Shown: positions 39,301 through 52,959 of the stretch, piece after piece
Position numbering within the stretch: the stretch's first letter is position 1
How the letters are laid out: each line of letters begins with the position of its first letter
Assembly (NCBI GenBank): GCA_964016885.1
Contig: OZ024742.1
Span: 36,022,001-36,086,000 of the forward strand
Direction of reading: 5' to 3'
DNA length: 64,000 nucleotides
DNA from: Eledone cirrhosa
Taxonomy: Eukaryota
Notes under the pieces: model-generated
What the model saw: only the letters and a program-made list of their open reading frames with translations
Databases searched by the model: none
Told to the model about the DNA's origin: nothing
Made by a program: the position numbers and the translations under genes

Positions 39301-42300
39301 TGATGGTAGTGGTGTTATTAATGGTAGTGGTGGTGATGTTGATGGTATTGATGGTAGTGGTGGTGATGTTGGTGGTATTGATGGTAGTGGTGGTGATGTT
39401 GGTGGTATTGGTGGTAGTGGTGGTATTAATGGTAGTGGTGGTGATGTTGGTGGTATTGGTGGTAGTGGTGGTATTAATGGTAGTGGTGGTGATGTTGGTG
39501 GTATTGATGGTAGTGGTGGTATTAATGGTAGTGGTGGTGATGTTGGTGGTATTGGTGGTAGTGGTGGTATTAATGGTAGTGGTGGTGATGTTGGTGGTAT
39601 TGATGGTAGTGGTGGTATTAATGGTAGTGGTGGTGATGTTGATGGTATTGATGGTAGTGGTGGTGATGTTCGTGGTATTGATGGTAGTGGTGGTGATGTT
39701 GGTGGTATTGGTGGTAGTGGTGGTATTAATGGTAGTGGTGGTGATGTTGGTGGTATTGATGGTAGTGGTGGTATTAATGGTAGTGGTGGTGATGTTGGTG
39801 GTATTGGTGGTAGTGGTGGTATTAATGGTAGTGGTGGTGATGTTGGTGGTATTGATGTTAGTGGTGGTATTAATGGTAGTGGTGGTGATGTTGATGGTAT
39901 TGATGGTAGTGGTGGTGATGTTGGTGGTATTGATGGTAGTGGTGGTGATGTTGGTGGTATTGGTGGTAGTGGTGGTATTAATGGTAGTGGTGGTGATGTT
40001 GGTGGTATTGATGGTAGCGGTGGTATTAATGGTAGTGGTGGTGATGTTGATGGTATTGATGGTAGTGGTGGTGATGTTGGTGGTATTGATGGTCGTGGTG
40101 GTGATGTTGGTGGTATTGGTGGTAGTGGTGGTATTAATGGTAGTGGTGGTGATGTTGGTGGTATTGATGGTAGTGGTGGTATTTATGGTAGTGGTGGTGA
40201 TGTTGGTGGTATTGGTGGTAGTGGTGGTATTAATGGTAGTGGTGGTGATGTTGATGGTATTGGTGGTAGTGGTGGTATTAATGGTAGTGGTGGTGATGTT
40301 GGTGTTATTGGTGGTAGTGGTGGTATTAATGGTAGTGGTGGTGATGTTGGTGTTATTGATGGTTATGGTGGTATTAATGGTAGTGGTGGTGATGTTGGTG
40401 GTATTGGTGGTAGTGGTGGTATTAATGGTAGTGGTGGTGATGTTGATGGTATTGATGGTAGTGGTGGTGATGTTGGTGGTATTGATGGTAGTGGTGGTGA
40501 TGTTGGTGGTATTGGTGGTAGTGGTGGTATTAATGGTAGTGGTGGTGATGTTGGTGGTATTGATGGTAGTGGTGGTATTAATGGTAGTGGTGGTGATGTT
40601 GGTGGTATTGGTGGTAGTGGTGGTATTAATGGTAGTGGTGGTGATGTTGATGGTATTGATGGTAGTGGTGGTGATGTTGGTGGTATTAATGGTAGTGGTG
40701 GTGATGTTGGGGGTATTGATGGTAGTGGTGGTATTAATGGTAGTGGTGGTGATGTTGATGGTATTGATGGTAGTGGTGGTGATGTTGGTGGTATTGATGG
40801 TAGTGGTGGTGATGTTGGTGGTATTGGTGGTAGTGGTGGTATTAATGGTAGTGGTGGTGATGTTGGTGGTATTGATGGTAGTGGTGGTATTAATGGTAGT
40901 GGTGGTGATGTTGGTGGTATTGGTGGTAGTGGTGGTATTAATGGTAGTGGTGGTGATGTTGGTGGTATTGATGGTAGTGGTGGTATTAATGGTAGTGGTG
41001 GTGATGTTGATGGTATTGATGGTAGTGGTGGTGATGTTGGTGGTATTGATGGTAGTGGTGGTGATGTTGGTGGTATTGGTGGTAGTGGTGGTATTAATGG
41101 TAGTGGTGGTGATGTTGGTGTTATTGGTGGTAGTGGTGGTATTAATGGTAGTGGTGGTGATGTTGGTGTTATTGATGGTTATGGTGGTATTAATGGTAGT
41201 GGTGGTGATGTTGATGGTATTGATGGTAGTGGTGGTGATGTTGGTGGTATTGATGGTAGTGGTGGTGATGTTGGTTGTATTGGTCGTAGTGGTGGTATTA
41301 ATGGTAGTGGTGGTGATGTTGGTGGTATTGATGGTAGTGGTGGTATTAATGGTAGTGGTGGTGATGTTGATGGTATTGATGGTAGTGGTGGTGATGTTGG
41401 TGGTATTGATGGTAGTGGTGGTGATGTTGGTGGTATTGGTGGTAGTGGTGGTATTAATGGTAGTGGTGGTGATGTTGGTGGTATTGATGGTAGCGGTGGT
41501 ATTAATGGTAGTGGTGGTGATGTTGATGGTATTGGTGTTAGTGGTGGTATTAATGGTAGTGGTGGTGATGTTGGTGGTATTGATGGTCGTGGTGGTGATG
41601 TTGGTGGTATTGGTGGTAGTGGTGGTATTTATGGTAGTGGTGGTGATGTTGGTGGTATTGGTGGTAGTGGTGGTATTAATGGTAGTGGTGGTGATGTTGG
41701 TGGTATTGGTGGTAGTGGTGGTATTAATGGTAGTGGTGGTGATGTTGGTTGTATTGGTGGTAGTGGTGGTATTAATGGTGGTGTTGGTGATGTTGGTGTT
41801 ATTGATTGTATTGGTGGTATTAATGGTAGTGGTGGTGATGTTGATGGTATTGATGGTAGTGGTGGTGATGTTGGTTGTATTGGTGGTAGTGGTGGTATTA
41901 ACGGTAGTGGTGGTGATGTTGATGGTATTGGTGGTATTAATGGTAGTGGTGGTGATGTTGATGGTATTGGTGGTAGTGGTGGTATTAATGGTAGTGGCGG
42001 TGATGTTGGTGTTATTGATGGTAGTGGTGGTATTAATGATAGTGGTGGTGATGTTGATGGTATTGGTGGTATTAATGGTAGTGGTGGTGATGTTGATGGT
42101 ATTGGTGGTAGTGGTGGTATTAATGGTAGTGGTGGTGATGTTGATGGTATTGGTGGTAGTGGTGGTATTAATGGTAGTGGCGGTGATGTTGGTGTTATTG
42201 ATGGTAGTGGTGGTATTAATGATAGTGGTGGTGATGTTGATGGTATTGGTGGTATTAATGGTAGTGGTGGTGATGTTGATGGTATTGGTGGTAGTGGTGG

Positions 42301-45300
42301 TATTAATGGTAGTGGCGGTGATGTTGATGGTATTGGTGGTAGTGGTGGTATTAATGGTAGTGGTGGTGATGTTGATGGTATTGGTGGTAGTGGTGGTATT
42401 AATGGTAGTGGTGGTGATGTTGGTGTTATTGATGGTAGTGGTGGTATTAATGGTAGTGGTGGTGATGTTGATGGTATTGGTGGTAGTGGTGGTATTAATG
42501 GTAGTGGTGGTGATGTTGATGGTATTGGTGGTAGTGGTGGTATTAATGGTAGTGGTGGTGATGTTGATGGTATTGGTGGTAGTGGTGGTATTAATGGTAG
42601 TGGTGGTGATGTTGGTGTTATTGATGGTAGTGGTGGTATTAATGGTAGTGGTGGTGATGTTGGTGTTATTGATGGTAGTGGTGGTATTAATGGTAGTGGT
42701 GGTGATGTTGATGGTATTGGTGGTAGTGGTGGTATTAATGGTAGTGGTGGTGATGTTGGTTGTATTGGTGGTAGTGGTGGTATTAATGGTAGTGGTGGTG
42801 ATGTTGATGGTATTGGTTGTAGTGGTGGTATTAATGGTAGTGGTGGTGATGTTGATGGTATTGGTGGTAGTGGTGGTATTAATGGTAGTGGTGGTGATGT
42901 TAGTTGTATTGGTGGTAGTGGTGGTATTAATGGTAGTGGTGGTGATGTTGATGGTAGTGGTGGTAGTATTGGTAGTGGTGGTGATGTTGGTGGTATTGGT
43001 GGTAGTGGTGGTATTAATGGTAGTGGTGGTGATGTTGATGGTATTGGTGGTAGTGGTGGTATTAATGGTAGTGGTGGTGATGTTGATGGTATTGGTGGTA
43101 GTGGTGGTATTAATGGTAGTGGTGGTGATGTTGGTTGTATTGGTGGTAGTGGTGGTATTAATGGTAGTGGTGGTGATGTTGATGGTATTGGTGGTAGTGG
43201 TGGTGATGTTGGTGGTATTGGTGGTAGTGGTGGTATTAATGGTAGTGGTGGTGATGTTGATGGTATTGGTGGTAGTGGTGGTATTAATGGTAGTGGTGGT
43301 GATGTTGGTGTTATTGGTGGTAGTGGTTGTATTAATGGTAGTGGTGGTGATGTTGATGGTATTGGTGGTAGTGGTGGTATTAATGGTAGTGGTGGTGATG
43401 TTGATGGTATTGATGGTAGTGGTGGTATTAATGGTTGTGTTGGTGATGTTGGTGTTATTGGTGGTAGTGGTGGTGATGTTGGTGGTATTGATGGTAGTGG
43501 TGGTATTAATGGTAGTGGTGGTGATGTTGATGGTATTGATGGTAGTGGTGGTGATGTTGGTGGTATTGATGGTAGTGGTGGTGATGTTGGTGGTATTGAT
43601 GGTAGTGGTGGTGATGTTGGTGGTATTGATGTTAGTGGTGGTGATGTTGGTGGTATTGATGGTAGTGGTGGTATTAATGGTAGTGGTGGTGATGTTGGTG
43701 GTATTGATGGTAGTGGTTGTATTAATGGTAGTTGTGGTGATGTTGGTGGTATTGGTGGTAGTGGTGGTGATGTTGGTGGTATTGATGGTAGTGGTGGTGA
43801 TGTTGGTGGTATTAATGGTAGTGGTGGTGATGTTGATGGTATTGATGGTAGTGGTGGTGATGTTAGTGGTATTGGTGGTAGTGGTGGTGATGTTGGTGGT
43901 ATTGATGGTAGTGGTGGTATTGATGTTAGTGGTGGTGATGTTGGTGGTATTGATGGTAGTGGTTGTATTAATGGTAGTTGTGGTGATGTTGGTGGTATTG
44001 GTGGTAGTGGTGGTGATGTTGGTGGTATTGATGGTAGTGGTGGTGATGTTGGTGGTATTAATGGTAGTGGTGGTGATGTTGATGGTATTGATGGTAGTGG
44101 TGGTGATGTTAGTGGTATTGGTGGTAGTGGTGGTGATGTTGGTGGTATTGATGGTAGTGGTGGTATTAATGGTAGTGGTGGTGATGTTGGTGGTATTGAT
44201 GGTAGTGGTGGTATTAATGGTAGTGGTGGTGATGTTGGTGGTATTGATGGTAGTGGTGGTGATGTTGGTGGTATTGGTGGTAGTGGTGGTGATGTTGGTG
44301 GTATTGATGGTAGTGGTGGTATTAATGGTAGTGGTGGTGATGTTGGTGGTATTGATGGTAGTGGTGGTATTAATGTTAGTGGTGGTGATGTTGATGGTAT
44401 TGATCGTAGTGGTGGTGATGTTGGTGGTATTGGTGGTAATGGTGGTGATGTTGGTGGTAATGATCGTAGTGGTGGTGATGTTGCTGGTATTGATGGTAGT
44501 GGTGGTGATATTGGTGGTATTGGTGGTAGTGGTGGTGATGTTGGTGGTATTGATGGTAGTGGTGGTGATGTTGGTGGTATTAATAGTAGTGGTGGTGATG
44601 TTGGTGGTATTGGTGGTAGTGGTGGTGATGTTGGTGGTATTGGTGGTAGTGGTGGTATTAATGGTAGTGGAGGTGATGTTGGTGGTATTGGTGGTAGTGG
44701 TGGTATTAATGGTAGTGGTGGTGATGTTGGTGGTATTGGTGGTAGTGGTGGTATTAATGGTAGTGGTGGTGATGTTGATGGTATTGGTGGTAGTGGTGGT
44801 ATTAATAGTAGTGGTGGTGATGTTGGTGTTATTGATGGTAGTGGTGGTATTAATGGTAGTGGTGGTGATGTTGGTGGTATTGGTGGTAGTGGTGGTATTA
44901 ATGGTAGTGGTGGTGATTTTGGTTGTATTGGTGGTAGTGGTGGTATTAATGGTAGTGGTGGTGATGTTGGTGGTATTGGTGGTAGTGGTGGTATTAATGG
45001 TAGTGGTGGTGATGTTGATGGTATTGATCGTAGTGGTGGTGATGTTGGTGGTATTGGTGGTAATGGTGGTGATGTTGGTGGTAATGATGGTAGTGGTGGT
45101 GATATTGGTGGTATTGGTGGTAGTGGTGGTGATGTTGGTGGTATTGGTGGTAGTGGTGGTGATGTTGGTGGTATTAATAGTAGTGGTGGTGATGTTGGTG
45201 GTATTGGTGGTAGTGGTGGTGATGTTGGTGGTATTGGTGGTAGTGGTGGTGATGTTAGTGGTATTGATGGTAGTGGTGGTTATGCTGGTGGTATTAATAG

Positions 45301-48300
45301 TAGTGGTGGTGATGTTGGTGGTATTGGTGGTAGTGGTGGTGATGTTGGTGGTATTGGTGGTAGTGGTGGTGATGTTAGTGGTATTGATGGTAGTGGTGGT
45401 TATGTTGGTGGTATTAATAGTAGTGGTGGTGATGTTGGTGGTATTGGTGGTAGTGGTGGTGATGTTGGTGGTATTGGTGGTAGTGGTGGTATTAATGGTA
45501 GTGGTGGTGATGTTGATGGTATTGGTGGTAGTGGTGGTATTAATGGTAGTGGTGGTGATGTTGGTGTTATTGGTGGTAGTGGTTGTATTAATGGTAGTGG
45601 TGGTGATGTTGATGGTATTGGTGGTAGTAGTGGTATTAATGGTAGTGGTGGTGATGTTGATGGTATTGATGGTAGTGTTGGTGATGTTGGTGTTATTGGT
45701 GGTAGTGGTGGTGATGTTGGTGGTATTGATGGTAGTGGTGGTATTAATGGTAGTGGTGGTGATGTTGGTGGTATTGATGGTAGTGGTGGTGATGTTGGTG
45801 GTATTGATGGTAGTGGTGGTGATGTTGGTGGTATTGATGTTAGTGGTGGTGATGTTGGTGGTATTGATGGTAGTGGTGGTATTAATGGTAGTGGTGGTGA
45901 TGTTGATGGTATTGATGGTAGTGGTGGTGATGTTGGTGGTATTGGTGGTAGTGGTGGTGATGTTGGTGGTATTGATGGTAGTGGTGGTGATGTTGGTTGT
46001 ATTAATGGTAGTGGTGGTGATGTTGGTGGTATTGATGGTAGTGGTGGTGATGTTGGTGGTATTGATGGTAGTGGTGGTGATGTTGGTGGTATTAATGGTA
46101 GTGGTGGTGATGTTGATGGTATTGATAGTAGTGGTGGTGGTGATGTTAGTGGTATTGGTGGTAGTGGTGGTGATGTTGGTGGTATTGATGGTAGTGGTGG
46201 TATTAATGGTAGTGGTGGTGATGTTGGTGGTATTGATGGTAGTGGTGGTATTAATGGTAGTGGTGGTGATGTTGGTGGTATTGGTGGTAGTGGTGGTGAT
46301 GTTGGTGGTATTGGTGGTAGTGGTGGTGATGTTGGTGGTATTGATGGTAGTGGTGGTATTAATGGTAGTGGTGGTGATGTTGGTGGTATTGATGGTAGTG
46401 GTGGTATTAATGGTAGTGGTGGTGATGTTGATGGTATTGATCGTAGTGGTGGTGATGTTGGTGGTATTGGTGGTAATGGTGGTGGTGTTGGTGGTATTGG
46501 TGGTAGTGGTGGTGATGTTGGTGGTATTGATGGTAGTGGTGGTGATGTTGGTGGTATTGATGGTAGTGGTGGTGATGTTGGTGGTATTGGTGGTAGTGGT
46601 GGTGATGTTGGTGGTATTGGTGGTAGTGGTGGTGATGTTAGTGGTATTGATGGTAGTGGTGGTTACGTTGGTGGTATTAATAGTAGTGGTGGTGATGTTG
46701 GTGGTATTAATAGTAGTGGTGGTGATGTTGGTGGTATTGGTGGTAGTGGTGGTGATGTTGCTGGTATTGATGGTAGTGGTGGTGATGTTGGTGGTATTGG
46801 TGGTAGTGGTGGTGATGTTGGTGGTATTGGTGGTAGTGGTGGTGATGTTAGTGGTATTGATGGTAGTGGTGGTTACGTTGGTGGTATTAATAGTAGTGGT
46901 GGTGATGTTGGTGGTATTAGTGGTAGTGGTGGTGATGTTGGTGGTAATGATGGTAGAGGTGGTGATGTTGCTGGTATTGATGGTAGTGGTGGTGATGTTG
47001 GTGATATTGGTGGTAGTGGTGGTGATGTTGGTGGTATTGATGGTAGTGGTGGTGATGTTGCTGGTATTGGTGGTAGTGGTGGTGATACTGGTGGTATTGG
47101 TGGTAGTGGTGGTGATGTTGGTGGTATTGATGGTAGTGGTGGTGATGTTGGTGGTATTAATAGTAGTGGTGGTGATGTTGGTGGTATTGATGCTAGTGGT
47201 GGTGATGTTGCTGGTATTGGTGGTAGTGGTGGTGATGTTGGTGGTATTGATGGTAGTGGTGGTGATGTTGCTGGTACTGGTGGTAGTGGTGGTGATGTTG
47301 GAGGTATTGGTGGTAGTGGTGGTGATGTTGCTGGTATTGATGGTAGTGGTGGTTATGTTGGTGGTATTGATGGTAGTGGTGGTGATGCTGGTGGTATTGA
47401 TGGTAGTGGTGGTGATGCTGGTGGTATTGGTGGTAGTGGTGGTGATGTTGCTGGTATTGATGGTAGTGGTGGTGATGTTGGAGGTATTGATGGTAGTGGT
47501 GGTATTAATGGTAGTGGAGGTGATGTTGGTGGTATTGGTGGTAGTGGTGGTATTAATGGTAGTGGAGGTGATGTTGGTGGTATTGGTGGTAGTGGTGGTG
47601 ATGTTGGACGTATTGATGGTAGTGGTGGTGATACTGGTGGTATTGGTGGTAGTGGTGGTGATGTTGGTGGTATTGGTGGTAGTGGTGGTGATGTTGGAGG
47701 TATTGGTGGTAGTGGTGGTATTAATGGTAGTGGTGGTGATGTTGGTGGTATTGGTGGTAGTGGTGGTATTAATGGTAGTGGTGGTGATGTTGATGGTATT
47801 GGTGGTAGTGGTGGTATTAATGGTAGTGGTGGTGATGTTGATGGTATTGGTGGTAGTGGTGGTGATATTGGTGGTATTGATGGTAGTGGTGGTGATGTTG
47901 GTGGTATTGGTGGTAGTGGTGGTGATGTTGGTGGTATTGATGGTAGTGGTGGTGATATTGGTGGTATTGATGGTAGTGGTGGTGATGTTGGTGGTATTGA
48001 TGGTAGTGGTGGTGATATTGGTGGTATTGATGGTAGTGGTGGTGATGTTGGTGGTATTGATGGTAGTGGTGGTGATGTTGGTGGTATTGATGGTAGTGGT
48101 GGTGATGTTGGTGTTATTGATGGTAGTGGTGGTGATGTTGGTGGTATTGGTGGTAGTGGTGGTATTAATGGTAGTGGTGGTGATGTTGGTGGTATTGGTG
48201 GTAGTGGTGGTATTAATGGTAGTGGTGGTGATGTTGATGGTATTGGTGGTAGTGGTGGTGATATTGGTGGTATTGATGGTAGTGGTGGTGATGTTGGTGG

Positions 48301-49378
48301 TATTGGTGGTAGTGGTGGTGATGTTGGTGGTATTGATGGTAGTGGTGGTGATATTGGTGGTATTGATGGTAGTGGTGGTGATGTTGGTGGTATTGATGGT
48401 AGTGGTGGTGATATTGGTGGTATTGATGGTAGTGGTGGTGATGTTGGTGGTATTGATGGTAGTGGTGGTGATGTTGGTGGTATTGATGGTAGTGGTGGTG
48501 ATGTTGGTGGTATTGGTGGTAGTGGTGGTGATGTTGGTGGTATTCAGGGTAGTGGTGGTGTTGATGGTAGTGGTGGTGATGTTGGTGATATTGATGGTAG
48601 TGGTGCTGATGTTGGTGGTGATGGTAGTGGTGGTGATGTTGGTGGTATTGATGGTAGTGGTGGTGATGTTGGTGGTATTAATAGTAGTGGTGTTGATGTT
48701 GGTGGTGATGGTAGTGGTGGTGATGATGGTAGTGGTGGTGATGTTGGTGGTGATGGTAGTGGTGGTGATGATGGTAGTGGTGGTGATGTTGTTGGTGATG
48801 TTGGTGGTGATGGTAGTGGTGCTGATGTTGGTGGTATTCAGGGTTATGGTGGTGATGATGGTAGTGTTGGTGATGTTGGTGGTGATGGTAATGGTGGTGG
48901 TGATGATGGTAGTTGTGGTGATGTTGGTGGTGATGGTAGTGGTGGTGATGATGGTAGTGGTGGTGATGTTGGTGGTGATGGTAGTGGTGGTGATGTTGGT
49001 GGTGATGGTAGTGGTGGTGATGATGGTAGTGGTGGTGATGTTGGTGGTATTGATGGTAGTGGTGGTGATGTTGCTGGTATTGATGGTAGTGGTGGTGATG
49101 TTGGTGGTATTGGTGGTAGTGGTGGTGATGTTGGTGGTATTGATGGTAGTGGTGGTGATGTTGGTGGTATTGATGGTAGTGGTGGTGATGTTGGTGGTAT
49201 TGATGGTAGTGGTGGTGATGTTGGTGGTATTGATGGTAGTGGTGGTGATGTTGGTGGTATTGGTGGTAGTGGTGGTGATGTTGGTGGTATTGGTGGTAGT
49301 GGTGGTTATGTTGGTGGTATTGGTGGTAGTGGTGGTGATGTTGGTGGTATTGGTGGTAGTGGTGGTGATGTTGGTGGT
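24390..49378. repeat. ~25-kb (GGT)-derived satellite with a 30-bp unit (GGTGGTGATGTTGGTGGTATTGRTGGTAGT) and a 48-bp variant (+GGTGGTATTAATGGTAGT)
   Basis: Read directly; plus strand is almost C-free; internal block duplications. Confidence 0.97.
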
Positions 49379-49669
49379 CAATTTTCTCACTACTCTGATC
49401 ATAGTGAAGAAAATTACAAATGATATAAAAAACGTATTATTACTTAATATCAAGTGGGATAAGGTAGCCGGAGCTATTTTAATCATTATGTTATAGAAAT
49501 AGAGTGTGGCTGTGCTGAAAACCTGGACCCATATATATATAAGTGTGGACAGATTTCGCTACATATATAGCTGATTACTATTGTAAACCATAGCAAATGG
49601 ACTATGTGAAATCACAGATCCTTTGGCCGTCTAAAAACATGGGACTGATAAAATGACAAGTCAGTCAAT

Positions 49670-49985
49670 CATATTGGCGGCCTCCTCACAGCCCCGGCGG
49701 ACAGAATAGAGAAGACGTTTACCTGGAGGACGGCAAGGGAGACGCACTGGAAAAGCCATTCCAGCTCGCCGGGCTCACACCTGCGGCTGATCAGCTCACC
49801 GCCTATGGTGGTGAGTAGAGCGGTAGCCCTAGGGCCGAGGACACCAGAAATCTCCACTGCCAAGTGTACAACCGCAAACCTGTCGGAGAGCGACTGGTAT
49901 TTGAAGAGTTTGGCCTCCTCAGCTCCCCGACGTGCAACAGAACCTGGGTTAGTCGGAGACTGCACTAGGTTGCGGTTGGAGGAGT
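49670..49985 (-). pseudogene. CRE-clade retrotransposon 3' remnant (RLE C-terminus)
   Basis: AEEAKLFKYQSLSDRFAVVHLAVEISGVLGPRATALLTTIG...LEWLFQCVSLAVLQVNVFSIL. Confidence 0.78.
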
Positions 49986-50029
49986 TGGCTGTGCCACCAT
50001 GTGCATCTAGGTTTCGCTCCCTCTGCGTG

Positions 50030-50112
50030 TGACTGGGAACATGGGCAAGTGGTTGCTACTACAGGCTCGGGTTGAACGACGCTTTGTGAGTGATATTTGA
50101 AATAACACGGAA
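50030..50112 (+). mobile_element. Fragment of a second SINE family
   Basis: gggcaagtg...ctacta..gctcggg....ac..gctttgtgagtg resembles the reverse complement of 58055-58415. Confidence 0.5.
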
Positions 50113-50242
50113 TATATATTTAAGGGTCTGTTTTTCTTTTTTTTTTTTCCTTTCTTTGATTCGTCAAAGTGACATTATTGAAAAAATGAGAGGGACAATT
50201 CTTTTTAAAAAGAGTTTTATAATGTATATAAAGTATAACACG

Positions 50243-50286
50243 TATAACCGGTTTCGATGTATTAGTAAAATTCATCTTATCAAATG
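50243..50286 (-). ncRNA. Minimal hammerhead motif with U3:A8 core
   Basis: CAU UUGAUAA GAUG...CAUC GAAA CCGG UU AUA; stem I weak; lies in a repeat (~50125-50330) with a relative at ~51195-51420. Confidence 0.6.
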
Positions 50287-50599
50287 TTGAGTATTACAAT
50301 TAAAAAGAATTAATAAGAATTAAAAACTAAAAATTACAGACTTTAAATTAAGCGTTGAGGTAAGTTTTTTTCATCTTTCTTGTTGAGAAGGAGACTGGAA
50401 AATGAACTCTTGTATATAGAGAGAAAGGTGTGTAGTCAAATATATATAAATATATATATTTGGTGTGGGATGCTTAAAGCGTCCGTATGCCGTAAGCCGT
50501 TTGAGCACTCGACGCTTTTACAGAGCAGAGTATAATATCACATAAGAAACGGAGAATCAATGGTGCGACGAATTATGGAAACTCTGCTTCGAGAGATTG

Positions 50600-50696
50600 A
50601 GACGTATCTGAAGAACTTGCGATTTCAGAGTCAGGTTCGATCATCGCATCGATCGTATCTTGAGCTGGTCGCCAGGGAAACGATTGTAATATGTCT
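50600..50696 (+). ncRNA. Type I hammerhead ribozyme inside a short inverted-repeat element (50542-50739)
   Basis: AGACGTAT CTGAAGA ACTTGCGA...TCGCCAGG GAAA CGATTG TA ATATGTCT; 8-bp stem I. Confidence 0.75.
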
Positions 50697-50809
50697 AATA
50701 TATTCTAATTCGTCGCACAACTGATTCTCCGTTTCTTATATATATATATATATAAATATAAAATAAAGTTAAATAAAAGTCAAATGATTAAAATTTAGCT
50801 TCGTTTATT

Positions 50810-50864
50810 ACTGCTATATATATTTCAGTGACAGCCATCTTTGGCTGTGACCTCTTCAGGCAGT
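50810..50864 (-). ncRNA. Type I hammerhead ribozyme
   Basis: ACUGC CUGAAGA GGU-C-ACAGCCA-AAGA-UGGCUGU-C-ACU GAAA UAUAUA UA GCAGU. Confidence 0.85.
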
Positions 50865-51077
50865 TTGAATTAGTATGGTATAGACAAGTACATATGTTGT
50901 TTAGGTGTATGATATTGTCAATACTCTGATATGCCCAGTTCCTTGTTGGGTTGTTAATTCACTGGGGAACTGGAGTCATACACTACTCCGGAGTAACCAA
51001 GCCAACCTGCGCACTTCGTCGAGTGCTCCAGCCTGCATACTGAGGTGTTGGTATACAACCAACATAAACTCAAAATC

Positions 51078-51191
<114 letters not shown>

Positions 51192-51322
51192 AATTGGAAA
51201 TAGCACGGTAAAAGCTGTTTTTCTTTTTTTTTTTCTTTGATTCGTCAAAGTGATATTATTGAAAAAATGAGAAAAACAAATCTTTTAACAAGAGGAATTT
51301 TAATATGTATAAAAATATCTAA

Positions 51323-51370
51323 AATATAATCGGTTTCGTTGTATCGGTGTGGACCATCTTGTCAAATGTT
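51323..51370 (-). ncRNA. Decayed minimal hammerhead motif with U3:A8 core
   Basis: AACAU UUGACAA GAUG...CAAC GAAA CCGA UU AUAUU; followed by a fold-back at ~51360-51510. Confidence 0.5.
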
Positions 51371-52069
51371 GAATATTACAATGAAAAAGAATAAAAAAGA
51401 ATAAAAAAGAATAAAAAATCTCAAATTTAAAATTAAATGTTGAACATTTTTAAATTTTAAATTTGTTATTCTTTTTTATTCTTTTTAATTGTAATATTCA
51501 ACATTTGACATTTCTTTCTTGCGTCTGTTGCACTTGGTGCATGAATGGCAGAGTGGCAGGGGGGAATGAACAGATAGAGAGTGAGGATTAGATAGGTTGA
51601 TGGGTTCCATAAAGGGTGAGAATTAAGAGAAAAGAAAAATGTATAGACCCAAATTGGTTAGAATTTGATAGGTGGCATTTTAGTAAAAGAAACATATGTA
51701 GAAAATACAAATAGGAAATAAAAAAGGGGGAGGGAGCCCCCGGAGAGGTCAGAGAATTTGCGTCATGCATGGCTGTGGTCTAATGAATGAAATCAGTAAA
51801 AGATTGTAAATCATTCGTATTTGCTCAGGTAATGTTCGTTGCTTCTTTAAATTTTTGTCTGTCGTTTCATGTATTCGTTTGAAAAATTACATTTTCCCTG
51901 GTCTAACAAAGGTGAATGACGAAAATAGAATATAACGTTGTACAATACTCTGTGAAATGTCGTCTGCAAAGTAATGGAGATGTCCTGGTTGTGTTGATGA
52001 CGCAAGTTAATTCGAAGAAAGCAGACGACAGCTTGACAAATTAGAAAGTAAGGTAGTTGAAGAGAGAAT

Positions 52070-52156
<87 letters not shown>

Positions 52157-52195
52157 AGCAGCGATTCTTTGCTTAAACTTTAATCTGTTATTTTA

Positions 52196-52264
<69 letters not shown>

Positions 52265-52662
52265 CATACATATATATATGTATTCATTTACGTATAGCAC
52301 GGAGCATATGTGCTTAAACACACATGCACCGTGTTGTATTATGACAGTATTGTATTAGCTCAATGTACAAAAACAGAATCTCTTTATATTATCTTCCTTT
52401 TATTTTTTTTTATTATTTTATTATTATTTTTTATTATGTTTTAACCATTGCTTGTATTCTTTGCTTTTGTGTGCCATCAATTGTATCTGCATCTTGTGAA
52501 ATCCGCTTGTGCCCTAGCATTTAGCTGTGGTGTTTAACAACCCCAACATGTACCCCCTCCTTGTTCGCCATCTCCGATCTCCCTATCTTTACCCTCTTTT
52601 GCATTCCGATTGTTCGCGTGACTAGGCTCTGTAGAGCTTATACTCAGCACTTTGTTTATTAA

Positions 52663-52707
52663 GCTCTGAGGATTCCTACCAAACGGTATGAATGAAACAT
52701 TGTAAGC
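52663..52707 (+). ncRNA. Minimal hammerhead motif
   Basis: GCT CTGAGGA TTC-C-TACC-AAAC-GGTA-T-GAA-T GAAA CATTG TA AGC. Confidence 0.65.
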
Positions 52708-52768
52708 AAATAAAAACTGTTTGAGTATGTAAGCGTTCTTTGGTTTCTTTTACATATATATATATGTA

Positions 52769-52815
<47 letters not shown>

Positions 52816-52959
52816 TAACGATGTATATATGAATGTATATATAGTGTATTTTGCAATACACTGTATGCTTAATTTAAAGCATTTGGAAGACCTTACGCTA
52901 TTGTTGTAGAGTAGTGACAGTCTCACTTAATTTAAATTTTCAGCAAACAGGGGAGATAA

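Noticed and set aside
24390-49378. Telomeric repeat array
   Set aside because: No TTAGGG or TTAGG units, and non-array sequence continues on both sides.
24572-49496. 1655-6148 aa ORFs as annotated CDS
   Set aside because: Several frames on both strands are open because of triplet composition; frameshifts swap peptide type mid-ORF; no non-repetitive domains.
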